A DNA stretch of 64,000 nucleotides from contig NC_043001.1 of the NCBI RefSeq assembly GCF_006345805.1, positions 23,250,001-23,314,000 on the forward strand. The letters are read 5' to 3'. This DNA comes from Octopus sinensis (lineage: Eukaryota). Shown piece after piece: positions 26,700 through 39,910 of this stretch (within the stretch, counting starts at the first letter, position 1; each line of letters begins with the position of its first letter). The notes below the pieces were generated by a model, which saw only the letters and a program-made list of their open reading frames with translations, searched no databases and was not told the DNA's origin. Both the position numbers and the translations under genes were made by a program.

Positions 26700-27730
26700 G
26701 AATGTCTAAACTGGCCGACGTGGGGGCAACGGAAGACCCCTTCAGAACCCGCTTTAATAACCACAAGTCCTCACTCAACATCCCAGAGAGACGTAACGCC
26801 ACAACCCTCGTCAAGCACGCCTGGACTTTGAAAGAAAGCTCCACGGAGTACAGCATAAAGTGGAAGATCCTAGAAAGAGGCAAACCGCACTTCAATAGCA
26901 GCAGGAAGTGCTTCGCTGAGAAGAGGGCAATTTTAAAAGATACACAACGCCCGGATGTTTACCTGAATGGCAGGAGTGAGGTGTTTAATCCTTTCCCGCA
27001 TGAAAGGAAGTACATTCTATTCCTTTTTTCTCCCCTTCACCATTTTCTATCTGTCTCTCTCTCTCCTCCTCTTTCTCCTTTACTCTCTCTCGTTGCTCAC
27101 ACGTGACTATCGTTCACCTTTCTTTTCCTCACATGATCATCTTTCTTTTCTTTCAGGGCTGTCCTAGAGGCTGGACGTATCCTATTTATCTCTCTCTTCC
27201 ATCTTTTCTCTTGTCAAAAAAAATATTTCTCCAGCGTTCACTATTTTACCCCCGTTCTGGTCTAACGACCCTCCACGTTTGTTTTCGTTCGGTTTCCTTG
27301 TATGTCTTCACTGTCCTGTTTTTGTTCCCAACTTAGACTGTCCATAAATCCCAAATTTTATTTTGGTACATATGGGAGCAACTGTCTTCGAAGACTCATA
27401 TTGTCGTTCAATGCTCGAAATGAGGAGTAGATAGGCAGCCGACAACTGATGAAGGGCCGTTCTTTATGTTACTTGTCCTGTTTTCAATCTGTTTCTTTCG
27501 TTGTTTGCGTATTGCACTCATTTGTTTTCGTATCTCATGCTGTTTACTGCTTGTGATGTCCTGTACCCATATGTGCATGTGTGTGTATGCGTGTGTGCGT
27601 GCGCGTGTGTGTGCGTGTGTATGTGTATACATACATATATATAAAATTTGTGTTATGCGTGAAGCTGGGCACGCTACCAGAATTTCGTTGATATAACTTT
27701 CTTTATACTTTATAAGTTTCAACTGAGGAA
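26700..27730 (+). mobile_element. Penelope-like element 3' end (GIY-YIG C-terminus plus pLTR)
   Basis: VGATEDPFRTRFNNHKSSL...TTLVKHAWTLKE...YSIKWKILE...EKRAIL...LNGRSEV is a PLE endonuclease C-terminus; CTGATGAAGG motif at 27446. Confidence 0.75.
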
Positions 27731-28029
27731 GATTGTTGCCTAAGAGATGAAATTCCCTTTTTTATCTACTGCGCAATTATCTGAAACGTACGTATCAAAC
27801 GCACTCAAAATATAACATGGTTTTTACTTCATTTTATATATATGTAGGATGTGATTTGCCTCGATAAATTGTATAGAGATGAAGTGCAGTCGATTTGTCA
27901 GGCAAATTTCTGCTATTTATTTTCTTTGAACCTAGAAGAGAAAAAGCAAAGGAGTCATTGATGGGGTTTGAACCTGAAGTTATTTAACCCGAAATTACAG
28001 CGTTTCTTCCAATCTACTATTTCTACGAT

Positions 28030-28232
28030 TAATGATTTCCGATCTAGGCACAAGACCAACAGCTCTGAGGAGAGAAGATAGTCGATATCAGTTAATTCTG
28101 TAGTTAACGGATGAAAGTTAAAGTTGAGCCCGGCGGGATTTGAACTCGTAACGTAAAGAGCCAGAAGAAATTGTGCAAGGCAAATTTTTTCCGACGCTGT
28201 ATCGATTCTGCTAGTTCGCTGCCTCACTGCTC
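28030..28232 (-). mobile_element. SINE family B variant (other diverged copies at 1255-1420, 3310-3480, 16820-17012, 24640-24830, 35222-35420, 51110-51320, 62415-62585)
   Basis: gaaagttaaagttgagcccggcgggatttgaactc...ctagttcgctgcc head. Confidence 0.6.
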
Positions 28233-28571
28233 CTTTAATGATAAAAAGTATCGAACATGATATAGAAGTACACACATACACACATTTTTCTATTGTAATG
28301 TATGGTCGATTAAATCGACTTCAATACTCGATTCGTTTCTATATGGACGAAAGGTATAGTCGACTTCCATGCTGTCTGAACGCAGAACGTACAGACGAGA
28401 TTAAATACAGCAAAGAATTTAGTCACTCTACCGTTATTTCCATTTTGGAGAGCAGTTTCAAAACAGGTACATAATTTTAAGAGACATTGAAAGGGTAAGT
28501 GTGTGGTTAAGAAACAACAGAATGAAACGTTGCTTGGATACAAATGCAATAACAAGGCTGTGAAGAACTAA

Positions 28572-28960
28572 TCATCTATTATATAAAATCCGTTCTGTCT
28601 GTCTGTGAGTGTGTCTTCTAGGATCTCGGGCATCCTCCATTCGATTGCGCTCAAATTTTATATGTAGATACCGACGCTATCAGGGCGTGTATAAGTCTTG
28701 AAAAAATTACAAAAATCGATTCCAGGATTCGAGAATGCGATCGATAAAGCCGTGGGAGCGTGCATTTGTAAAATCGTATTTCTTGGAATAGAAAAAAAGT
28801 CTATTTTTATTTCTTCTTTTGCTGGTGTCTCAAATTTGGGTTACATCAGTGTTTCTCAAAGGAGAGGTCTATGGGACGGTCGGGCAAGTTGTTTTGAGAA
28901 AATTTAGTTTAAATGTTTGACAACTCAACACCATCCATTGGACGGGGGGCGTTTTGCTCG

Positions 28961-28962
<2 letters not shown>
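28572..28962 (+). mobile_element. Non-autonomous Helitron-like element
   Basis: 5' TCTATTATATAAAA followed by tctgtctgtctgt; GC-rich 3' end ending in ctcgt, a CTAGT-like terminus. Confidence 0.5.
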
Positions 28963-28994
<32 letters not shown>

Positions 28995-29449
28995 GAGCTG
29001 GGCGTAAATCTATTAATCTGTTAATCGTTAATTAACGAAGTTAACATTTTCGTTAACGATTTAACTTTTAAGTTAACTTTGAAAATCATTATCGGACTAA
29101 TTCACTTCCGTTACATTTAGCTTCTGTTAACTCAAGTCCGTTAGCCCCACCATTTCGTAAAAACCGGTAAACGTTTAAAAGTTTCTATTGTTTTCAGATT
29201 GTTTTAGCATATTTAATATTGTACGCGTCATTCTTTCAACCTCGATATAACTTGTAGGACTTTGTTTGGCCCTGCCTGGATTTGAAACCAAATCCACCCA
29301 CTTGTTGCTTGCAAAAACAGGAGGAAATTTATTTGTCCTGTCAAGAAGGAACAATCCCCACCATTCCTCCCACCTTTCTTTTCCCGAAAAAAAAAAAGTG
29401 GCTTGCGGTGGGTTTGGAGATCAGATATGTTGAATGCATCAGAAAAAAA

Positions 29450-30932
29450 AAAATTATTCCACACCGAAGTACGAAATATTTACTGAAGTATTTACCAAAA
29501 CTAAGGACCTCATCCGGATCTTTCCCTTTTGACCTACAGATTAAAAAAATAATTTTTTTGTAACTAAACACTTTCAAACTTCGGACACTGGTAGAATGTG
29601 TCACATAAAACATCTTTTACTCTTAGCATTTTTGAGAAAAATTTATATCTATGAAGTTATTTCACGTTAAAGTAGTCGTATTTCGGTAATTTCAACCAAT
29701 CGATGACGTGTATTCAGCCGAATAAAATTACTACTGTTGTTTGTCAACAAGAACTTCCAGCGGTGTATATTTCGTTTGTCACTGTTATTTATGACAACCC
29801 TAACCATAAAACCTTGACCCTAACCCTAAAACCCTAACCCCAACCCTAACCATATAGCCTTAAAACCAGTACAAACGCACGAACGATGTCATAAATAATA
29901 GTGAAATACACTGCCGATAGTTGTTGTTGACAAACAACGGCAGTAGTTTTATTCAGCAGAATACACGTCATTGATTGGTTGAAGTTACCGAAATACGACT
30001 ACTTTAACGTGAAATAACTTTGTAAATATAAGTTTTTCCCCAAAATGCTAATAGTAAAAGATGTTTTATATGACACATTCTACCAGAGTCCGAAGTTTGA
30101 AAGTGTTTAGTTACAAAAAATTATTTTTTTTAATCTGTAGGTCAAAAGGTAAAGATCCCCTCATCCGAAGAATGCGGTGGAAAGTCTTCTTTCATGACAA
30201 TCGTAACAACTGGAGCGATAATAACATCAACACATACAATCTTCGATCTTATAAACATCCTCCACACAATCCCCAACTTGACAAATTCGAAGCAGATATA
30301 CTTCATATAATTAAGAACATTAAATTCTCTAAATATAAATCCTACTTCCAAAAACAGCTTTCCCAAACTATAAAACGGATCACTTCATCACCTAAATTGC
30401 ACGTCTTCTCAGACAAAACGGGAAATATGTATCCTATTACTATCGAAAAATACACCAAATTCATCAAGAAGGAACTATGCAAGTCTTATAAGCTGGCACC
30501 GACATCTGCCCTTGACAATATTAACACCAACCAATGCAAGCTTATGAACAAATTATACGTGGATGATCGCACAGAACACTACAGCCCTACATCTCCACAC
30601 TTCAACCTTAACGATCATGAGAAGGACTTCATAACTAAACCATCTATACGCCTCATATGCCCTACCAAATTCGACTTGGAAAGAATAAGCAAAACTATTC
30701 TGGATAAAATAATACCAATTGTCAAGGAGAAATTGGACGTCAACTTATGGTCCTGTACAGGTGAAGTCATAACATGGCTCCATCTCTTAAACAACAAAAA
30801 CTTTTCGTCTTTCCTACAATTCGATATAAATAATTACTATTTTTCTATTTCTCACAAACTTCTTAATCAAACTCTCCTTCTAGTTAGGAATCTAACTATC
30901 CTAACCCCACTAGAAATTAACGTAATTCTTAA
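29450..30932 (+). mobile_element. Penelope-like RT N-terminal fragment interrupted by a MITE
   Basis: KIIP..Y...KTKDLIRRMRWK...SDKTGNMY...IRLICPTK..ISKTILD...FLQFDINNYYFSI; the frame is restored across the 29516-30158 insertion; truncated by a mariner at ~30933. Confidence 0.8.
29516..30158. mobile_element. Foldback MITE with ~290-bp TIRs, Merlin-like
   Basis: Termini GGATCTTT..AAAGATCC; 8-bp TSD CCTCATCC (29508-29515 and 30159-30166); central degenerate (CCCTAA)n. Confidence 0.75.
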
Positions 30933-31878
30933 ACTGCCACAACCGGGGAAAACATTGATTGTGTTCACCACATGCTGATGGATGATAGGCAATTGACTAT
31001 AAATCAAATAGCCAACGCTATTTGTATATCCCGTGAGAGAGTTGAGAATATTCTACACAATGAACTTGGCATGACGAACGTTTCTCTTCGATGGACGTCA
31101 TGTCTTCTGACACCCGATCAAAAGTGCACCAGGCTGATCACATCACGAGAAAGTCTGACATTTTCTGAGACAGATGCAGCTGGTTTCCTTGAATGTTTTC
31201 TAAGCCAGGATGAGTGCTAGTTTCATCACTTCGAGCCAGAGACAAAAAGACAATGCATGCTGGGGAAACACTCCTCTCCGTCTGCTCCATAGAAGGCCAA
31301 GGTCATTTCATCTGCAGGGAAGGGGATGACCTTAGTTTTTAGGGATACAAAAGGCATTGTGTTCATTGATTATCTTCAAGAGGGCCACACCATCAATGGA
31401 GAGTACTATGCCAACTTGCTGAGGCAGTTATGAAAAGCTATCAAGACCAAACGTCCAGGAAAACTGATTGATGAAAGGGGTCTTGTTTCATTGGATGATA
31501 AAGCTTCAGCACACAAGTCCTTCATTTCAATAGTTGTTGTGCGTGACTGTGGCTTTGAATTGCTTGATCACTCTCCTTATTCTCCTGGTTTGGCCTCAGC
31601 TGACTATCATCTATTCCCCAACATGAAAACACACTTGGCTGGGAAACAGTATCGCAGTGACGATGACGTCATATCTGCAGTTGATGACTTTTTTGACCAA
31701 CAGGAAAAAAGCTTCTTCACCAAAGGGATCCAAGCACTACAACACCGATGGAGAGAAGTGTATGGACTGCAAGGAAGTGGCGCGGGGGGGGGGAACTATG
31801 TTGAAAAATAAACCTCATTTGGTCACATTCCATGAAAGCATTTTGGTCAGCCTATGAGCTTTTCAGCCGTCCATCGTA
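30933..31878 (+). mobile_element. Mariner transposase remnant with 3' TIR
   Basis: ISRERVENILHNELGM..., HSPYSPGLASADYHLFPNMK; stops and frameshifts; 3' TIR ttttcagccgtccatcg followed by TA. Confidence 0.85.
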
Positions 31879-32449
31879 TTTCTATTACACGTAGAAAAGT
31901 TGTACCACACTTTCGCCGCAATCCAATAACTGAAACTATTAAAAAAATATCATATACATTTAAACCTGTTATCGCATGGACTTCATTCCTGACAAAGTTA
32001 CCTACTGTAACATATGTTCGTTTGCCACTCACATCCCAAGTACTTGAAAATTAGAAGTGATTTTCTAGTTTGCATTATGATATACTAATTGTATTACGTT
32101 TACTTACTACCTAACTTTAGAGTTTTGTGGGTAGGTGGTTTAGATAAAGTTTACACAGAAAACATCAAATTGAATAAACAGAATAAGTTATCTAAATTAC
32201 AAAACCACTTAATTACTAAACTGTTATTGCTATTGAATAAAGTTACGACCTAAAAGATATTAAGGTGAAAAGAATGTAAAATATGCTAACTGACTATACC
32301 CATGTTGTATTTTTCAATGGGTTTAAATGCAAGGGCTGCATATTGGAGCTTCCCCGAATCTCTTGCTTCTCGTTAGTCCCGTTTCAAAATAGCCCTACAG
32401 ACACTTCCAAGCACCTTTTAAGCCTTTTCTCATGTGGAAAGTTAAATAA

Positions 32450-33680
32450 ATAGCGAGCAACTAATACTGGATTTGTTTACCCTGCTTCTATGTTCTTTTC
32501 GGTGCAACACCTCCAACCATTAATGAAAGATTTCCATATACATTATCGTTAAACCTGGAGGGTGAGTTGACGTCCACAGCTTGACATACGAATTTCAGGA
32601 CCATCTGTTGTTTCAAATGAACTGAAAGACAGTATTGCACAACGGATAGTCAGCAGTAATCGACGCCTCAAGCAATTCAAGAACTGTACTTGGTATTTCA
32701 GGTAACTCAGAAACTTCAGGTATTGCAAGAATGACAGGAACCTCAGCTGCTGCAGAAGTAGGTGCATAAGGTACCAATATTTAAGCTGGTTGGCTTGGAA
32801 GCTTCAGAAGTTTTAACGTTCTAACGCGTTTCCAACCATTCCTTCTTCAAAATTTACGGCCGCCAATTGTCGAGTTATAGTGCCTTCCATCCAGCGTTAA
32901 ACAGCTCTAAAATGTTGTACAAGAATACGGTCATCCTTTCTAAATTTACCCAGCAGATATAATATCTTTGTCCTATGCTCCATATTATATTGAACTCAAG
33001 AAGTATCTGGTTTCAGTCGGTGAAAAGCTATCCCTAAAGTTTGAGCCACAATTCAGCAGTAGCTTTAGTTGTTGAGTGCGGAGCAATTCTGAAAGAGAAT
33101 AAGACCCCGTGGAGCTTAGTTTCGAGTGTCCCTTTCCCGTCCACTTTCATCTTCATTATTACCTCTTTGAATGTGCGCACCGTGCGATCAGCTTGGCCGT
33201 TACAGAAGTGATATGGAGCGGTGACACCTTATTTCGTTAAACTTCATTGACAATTTAAACTCTTTACAAACAAAACATGGACCATTGTCACTTACTAATA
33301 TCACAGGTAGACCATCAGTGGCGAAGATTCTTCTCAATATCTCCACTGTGGTTCCACTACCGAAGTCCATTCCAAGTACGCGTCAACAACAATTAAGAAC
33401 ACATCCCGTGAATGGACTGGTAATGGATATTCTCAAGGATGAGTTGGAGCATGTTTTGGACTGCTTTGACCTTGAATGCATACTTCACAAGCTTTAATGT
33501 TATTTTAATTTCAGTATCCAAGTTTGGTCACTACACATAACATCATAGCCTAACGAGAATAATCGACTTCTTTTAATATTTAATATCTTGTCTGTCCAGT
33601 CGGTCCAGTTCCTTCTCTATTCAATCCTTTATTGAATAGTGCGCAGGACGAGCTCTACAGAATCGTGTTGCTGTCTTATC
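32450..33680 (-). mobile_element. Ty3/Gypsy integrase relic
   Basis: PNLDTEIKITLKACEVC (HHCC region), GLPVILVSDNGP, APYH.CNGQADRTVRTFK; many stops. Confidence 0.75.
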
Positions 33681-33719
33681 AACAAGTAACTTTACCTTAA
33701 AATCTTTAAAGCAGTCTAA

Positions 33720-34770
33720 GTATTCTCCGTATGTCATCTCCATAACCCCCTTTCCTTAACACTAATCCCTCCAACACCTTCCTATCTTGAGCATTGCTAG
33801 GCTGCTGTAATCACTTGAAAGCAGAATCGGTACATATTACGTCTCATTCCGTTCTATAGAGTACTAGTTATCTACCCTACCACCTGGAGCCACTTCCATC
33901 CTTTCACTCTACATTATTTTCACCGGTCATCTTTCTGTCCCTTCACATATCTCTCCCTCTCCCCTGTCATACTTTATCCAAACATCTTTCATATCTGTTA
34001 TCATTCTCAACGTCCTCTCATATCCACCGCCATGCCCCACTCACTATACATATCCTTATGCACCTCTATATTTCTCTTCCCACCACTCTCACACCTTTCA
34101 CATCATCCCATTACTTCATGATCTTTCCTCCTTCCTGAACCACTTCTATGTCTCTCGACTTTAACCCCTCTCCATTCTGGTATTTCCCATCAACCGCACC
34201 TATACCCACTAGCATAGGGGAGGGGGAGCGGTAGGGGCGGTCCGCCCCGGATGGCACTTTTGGGTCTGCTGTAGGCAAAATGTGTTTTTTGTGGGGTACG
34301 GGGGCGGCAAATTTAAGGGCCACCTCGGGTGGCACACACTCTAGCTACGCTTCCACCTTTGTTTATCACTCTCTACATTCATCCCTAACCATCGCTACTC
34401 CCATATCTAAGACACTTATGAAACTACTCCCCTCTTCCTACTGATCCACTGTCTCTATTTTTTCTTATGCCCACCTTCTTGTACATTGAGCCTTTGCTTT
34501 GGCATCACATCACCACCATCTTCATCTTCTTCCCAACTACTCCCCACTCTAAGCCCACAAGCATGCTGTCTCTTCTCTCTTAGCATCTGTCCCTCAGAAC
34601 TGGTTAGTCTCGAACTGCCATCATTCAGACAACTCAACCTATTTGTCTCCCCACCTTTCATCACCCTTGTTGTGCAACCTCTTCCCTCAAGGCCTGCACT
34701 AACCCTTATGCCTAATCTTCCTCTTCAAAACATCAGGTCCTTGGAATCCCTGCTCGTTTCTTTCCTATAA
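33720..34770. repeat. Unclassified pyrimidine-rich repeat (second copy 53960-54540)
   Basis: Shared segments such as cctctcatatc..cttatgcacctct and ttccacctttgtttatc. Confidence 0.5.
34207..34352. mobile_element. Small GC-rich hAT-like MITE inserted in an older repeat
   Basis: Abrupt GC-rich island with tagcat / ctagctacg ends; it interrupts a repeat also present at 53960-54540. Confidence 0.45.
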
Positions 34771-36211
34771 TTGTTGGCCTACAACAATTCAAACAGAACA
34801 TTAATAGACCGAAGCTCACCAGTCTCGAAGGAGCCTGCCAAAAACCCTTAAATTTTCCACCCCTACCCTATACAGGCTTATACAGGAGAAACAAAAGTTC
34901 CACCCCTTAAAAGCGAAGCCTGTGGCAGATCCCACCCCACCTCGCCCAATCTCAGCCGTGCTACTGTTGCAAAGGTCAAGGGCAACCCTCCTTTTTCCAG
35001 ACTGAACGAGTTTTAAAATAGTATGATAGTTTAAAAAGAAAAAATTCGGTCAGCAGAATTGCCGTATATCACTTTGACCAGTTGCATTTCTACTAGGGAG
35101 TGGTATCGTTGAAAATTTGCATATCAAAGTATTTTTATATTTTTCTCTACTCATTCCTTATTTAAATAGTCAGAAACAAGCCAACAACATAAATGTGCTT
35201 CTTTAACGTTTAGGTCAGTTAATGGCGAGTGGATTAATGACGTGTTTTTTTGTTGTTGTTTTTTTCTCTATCTGGCATTCCCGGTTGACAAATTATTCAG
35301 TAATCTTACCAGTTGTATCATTATTGAGGTCGATTTTGCCTTTCGTCCTTTCGGGGTCGATAAAATAAGTATCAGTCAAGCTCTAGAGTCGATGAAATCG
35401 ACTAGCCCCACCCGTAAAATATCACACAAATAAACTCATCACTTTTTTTAAAATCTGCAGCAAAAACATATCTAACGATTAACAAGGAAAAATAAAATCA
35501 ACGGCAAAAGAATTCCATCCTACAAATTGAAGTCCTTAGAAAGTTTGAAAAAAAAAAAATAAAAGGAACAATCGAGAAATGAAGTAATAATCGAATACTT
35601 TAGCCAAAAAAAAAAAAAATTCGAATAAAGTGCAAAGAGAATTCAAAGCATTACCAATGAACATTGGTTTCAATTTTTGGCACAAGGCCAGCAATTTCAG
35701 GGAGGGATAAGTCAATTACAACGATTCCAGTGCTTGACTAGTTCTTATTTTATACCCAGGAAGGATAATAGGCAATGTCGACCTTGGCAGCATTTGAATT
35801 ATTATTAAGATTGTGAAGTAGTTGATTAGTTGATTACTGTAGAGATATTGCTCGTAATTTGAGTTTAGAATTTTACTTCCTTCTTCTAATTTAAAATAGT
35901 GTTAACTTTATCGTGTGTGTGTGTGATTCAGTTTTTAAATGTAACTTTAATTTTTTTTTCATATATTGAGTAAATTTAATATTTCTTAATTGATCATTAA
36001 AAATAACATTATTGCCTTTCATTCTCTCTAATGACTATTATCGTCATTATTTCCTCATTAGATCGAATTAACATATAATGAATTAAAACTACATTGTAAT
36101 ATTTCTATATTAAACCAGTTTTAGTAATATAAATTTATTCACTTCACTATTTCGCACATAAAAGTGAAAGTTTTTAGAAATAGAGGGGCATAATATGATT
36201 ATTCACATGTT

Positions 36212-36434
36212 TTTTTATTGATACCAACCCGGCTGAAACCGTCTCTGGCTTTGTTGTACAAATGTCTTGTTTTCATAAGTTCTGAAATAAAATCTTCCAC
36301 CAAACCTTAGTCACAATTTATGTTCCTAAAACTAGCTGAATGATAACCAAGTTATTTTACTAAATTCTTTGTTATATTTAAAATTAACTGAAAGAAACAC
36401 GGAGCATCTCAACAGAAATATGGTAACGAAAGGG
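36212..36434. mobile_element. piggyBac-type MITE (inverted copy)
   Basis: Reverse complement of 4622-4842; ends GGG|TTAA. Confidence 0.75.
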
Positions 36435-37328
36435 TTAAATTTTTACAGGTATAGAATTTTTCTTGTGTAGTATAGGACACCAACGAGACATCAACTGTCT
36501 TGGTCTTTGGCAATGGACTGAGTAATCCCCAAGTGTAGCCGCCTACAAATTCTTCAGTTTTTGTGGGTCTTCTAACATATTTTGATATGTAAAGGGAAAC
36601 ATGCTTCTGTCTCCCTCGTGTCCTTTTGAAGGATTGTCTTGTAATATTGGCAAAGAGTTCCCGTGCGGAAAACCTGTTGGCTTGATTTTTTTCTACTTCT
36701 ATTCTATGCCAGTCTCTTAAGTTCCATAGCAAGAAAACTTAAAGGACATGTGGAGTATAGAAATAGAAAGTTCAAATCACCACATTTTATCTGGCAGTCT
36801 ACAAATTAAGATAAGCTCAGCTTTAAATAGCTCTTCGATATGTTTAAGCGAAGAACGAACCAAGGAAAACATTTTTCGTTGTTAATGAAACGCGAAGTAT
36901 TTATTTCCAATACGAATATAAACTTTAATGATTAGAGATAAATTTACTCTAGATAAAAAGCACAATACTGAATTTACTGACGATGTATTGGTTTGCGATA
37001 TGATTAACTCCTTACGAAATTACTACGTGATGAATTAGAGGTGATGTACTTTAACCACCCACGATGAATTCGTCTGACATTGCACTGTGGTAAGCTATTG
37101 AAATTTCTCAGCTGCCAAAATATTAATCACTTGTCCCAAAAAGAAAACAAAAAAATATCAAATTCGACTATTGGCAAACCTTCAAAATGTAGGTGGTGTT
37201 GACTAATAGTGTACCAAATTAATTAAGAAATACTTTTATTACCGACTATTTTCATTCTTTAAATACTTTCTTTACTGAACACATTTACGTTTTTTTTTTC
37301 AATTTATATTGATATATCGATTCTCATT

Positions 37329-37663
37329 GTCTACTTTATAGCGATGAATATATTTGAAATTAAATTGTAAAATAATTATTAAGGAGAATAGCAAATCGAT
37401 GGATATTAAAACAAATTAGTTCTCTGTTGTATAAAGAGATAAAGATTATAGTTCTAATTTAAAGAACAGCAAATCAATTATGTAAATAATGAACGTATTG
37501 TTCACTTATAGAATATTTTTAAACGTTCGATCACCAAGTTCGTAAGTGTCATTACGTCGTCTCCAAATTCTGTCAAACTATCGAATATTTCTTATGTATC
37601 TGCTTTAATTTTTATTGGTATGAAACTAAAAGGACAAATATATTCATCGCTATAAAGCAGACA
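37329..37663. mobile_element. Small MITE-like element, 28-bp TIR
   Basis: gtctactttatagcgatgaatatatttg versus caaatatattcatcgctataaagcagac. Confidence 0.45.
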
Positions 37664-38309
37664 TGTTTAAATATTGTGGGTGAATAGATGAGCAAGAAGA
37701 CAAATAAAAAGAATATCTAAAAGAACCACACATAAAATACAGTTGTAATTGCAGAGTAAAGCAACATTGATCAGATGCAAAATGATAGATCAGATGAGAG
37801 CAAATATGCACTCGTCCAGCTACATATTATCATCTATATAAACATATACATTCATATACATACAGTTAAATATAAACATTCATGTATATTTCTTCACACT
37901 TTTACATCAAAACATTAAAGGACCAACTGAATCACCAGTGCAGGCAAGATCTTCCAGTTTGATTCATTATTTACTCGTATAACAATGTACCTTCTTTGTC
38001 AAATTAGCAAAAAACTGACATCAGTAATGAAATCTGAAGAATTGAAACCACTTTTGGTTAATTCACGTTATTATTGTCTTTTTTGTTTATTTTTCTAGTT
38101 TAACAAATGAGTTATTCCTACCAAGCAGATTACAAACTAAACTAAAAGTGCATACAAGGAACCTTTGGTGCGTTCTTTAAATATTATGACAAACACACTT
38201 CATAGTAAAAATTTTTATAGCAAAATTGTTTACAGGGATAATACAACAGAAATTATAAAGGTATAAGTTATAGAAAAAAAATACTGGGAAAATAATTATA
38301 ACAAATTTT

Positions 38310-39262
38310 CATCATCATCATCGTTTAACGTCCATTTTCCATGCTGGCATTGGTTGGATGGTCCGACTGCAGTCTGGGAAGCCAGGAGGCTGTACTAGGC
38401 TCCAATCTGATCTGGCATAGTTTCTACAGCTGGATGCCCTTCCTAACGCCAACCACTCTGAGAGTGTAGTGGGTGCTTTTATGTGCCACCAGCATGGGGA
38501 TCACAACTACAATTTCCATTTGATTTTGATGTACTTGACTCAATTGGTCTCCTCAAGCACTGGATGTCGCCCTAGCACAGTATGTCGCCCTATGATCCAA
38601 GGTACTTTGGAGTGGGCTGGGGCTGGTTGTATGACACTGGTGTAGATTACAGCTGTGAACTCACTTTATTTGCTGGGTCTTTGCAGTCATCATATCTCGG
38701 TCTTTCGTCATTGCCTCTGTGAGGCCCAATGTTTGATGGTCATACTTCACCACCTCATCCCATGTCTTCCTGGTTCTCCCTCTAGCCTGGATTCCTTCAA
38801 CTGTTTAAGAGTGGCTCTTCTTCACACATCTCTCCTCATCTATCCGTAGTACATGACCATACCAGCACAAACGTCTCTCTTGCATGTCACATCCGATGCT
38901 TCTTATGTCCGACATTTCTCTCAAGGCACTTACGCTCTGTCAAGTGTGCACACTGATGTTACACATCCAGCGGATCATGCTAGCTTCATTTCTTTCGAGC
39001 CTACGCATGTCCTCAGCAGTCACAGCCCATGTTTCACTGATATGAAGCATGGCAGTTTGCACATATGAATCATACAATCTAACTTTCACTCTGAGCGAGA
39101 AGCCCTTTGTCACCAATAGGGGTAGAAGCTTTCTGAACTTTTCCCAGGCTATTCTTATTCTAGTGATAACATTCTCTGAGCATCCACCCCCACTACTAAC
39201 TTGGTCACCTAGGTAGCAGAAGCTATCAACTACTTCTAGTTTCTCCCCCTGGCATAAAAACA
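38310..39262 (-). mobile_element. 5'-truncated RTE LINE (RT C-terminus, 3' UTR, (GAT)n tail)
   Basis: LEVVDSFCYLGDQVSSGGG...RIRIAWEKFRKLLPLL...RLCWYGHVLRMDEERCVK; its 3' UTR matches the many short (GAT)n-tailed repeats in the window. Confidence 0.9.
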
Positions 39263-39724
39263 TTTATATCTAAAAATACCTGCCATAAAAGCTAATAACC
39301 AGTTCTCTTTTTTAAAAATGATGTAACAACTGGTTTGCACAAACCAGTGTAAACTGGCTTTAATATAATGGAGAATTACTAGGATGGAAATTACTTTATT
39401 GTGAGTAAGAAGTATGGTTCAATGGTATTATTATCATGCTAAAGGTAAACATACAAGATAATACTCATAGGCCTAGGAACTAAGATATGATGATTGAAGG
39501 GTATAAAGAATAGAACAGCACCTCGCCACTAATACTGATGTGTTATATTTTGGTAAGGACACAATCAAACTGAAGGTCAGGGTTCATGTCCCACTTCTAT
39601 TACTTTAATACTTTATTTCTTCATTACCTCCTATCAAATTACTTAAGCACTTCACTCTCTAAGAAGAATAGGCTTTTTACACTTTCTCCTTAAAGGGAAA
39701 AATTCCATTTTACCCATAAAATTA

Positions 39725-39910
39725 AAATATCATCATCATCATTTAATGTCTGTTTTCCATGCTGGCATGGCTTGAACAGTTTAGCAGATACCGGAAAGCT
39801 GCACCAAACTCTTAATTTCTGTTTTGGCATGATTCCTACAGCTGGATCCTCTTCCTAATATTAACCACTTTACAGAGTGTACTGAGTGCTTTTTACATGG
39901 CACCAGCATG
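39725..39910 (-). mobile_element. RTE tail copy
   Basis: catcatcatttaatgtctgttttccatgctggcatgg... Confidence 0.55.

Noticed and set aside
27722-27756. CTGAGGAAGAT...GATGAAATT, a possible HHR relic
   Set aside because: Stem II, stem III and the cleavage site cannot be formed; too degenerate to call.
29797-29850. Telomeric repeat as a chromosome-end or fusion relic
   Set aside because: Short, degenerate and centred inside a MITE with a TSD.
36409-36732. 107-aa minus-strand ORF
   Set aside because: No recognisable motif; runs into a piggyBac MITE; splice sites unconvincing.
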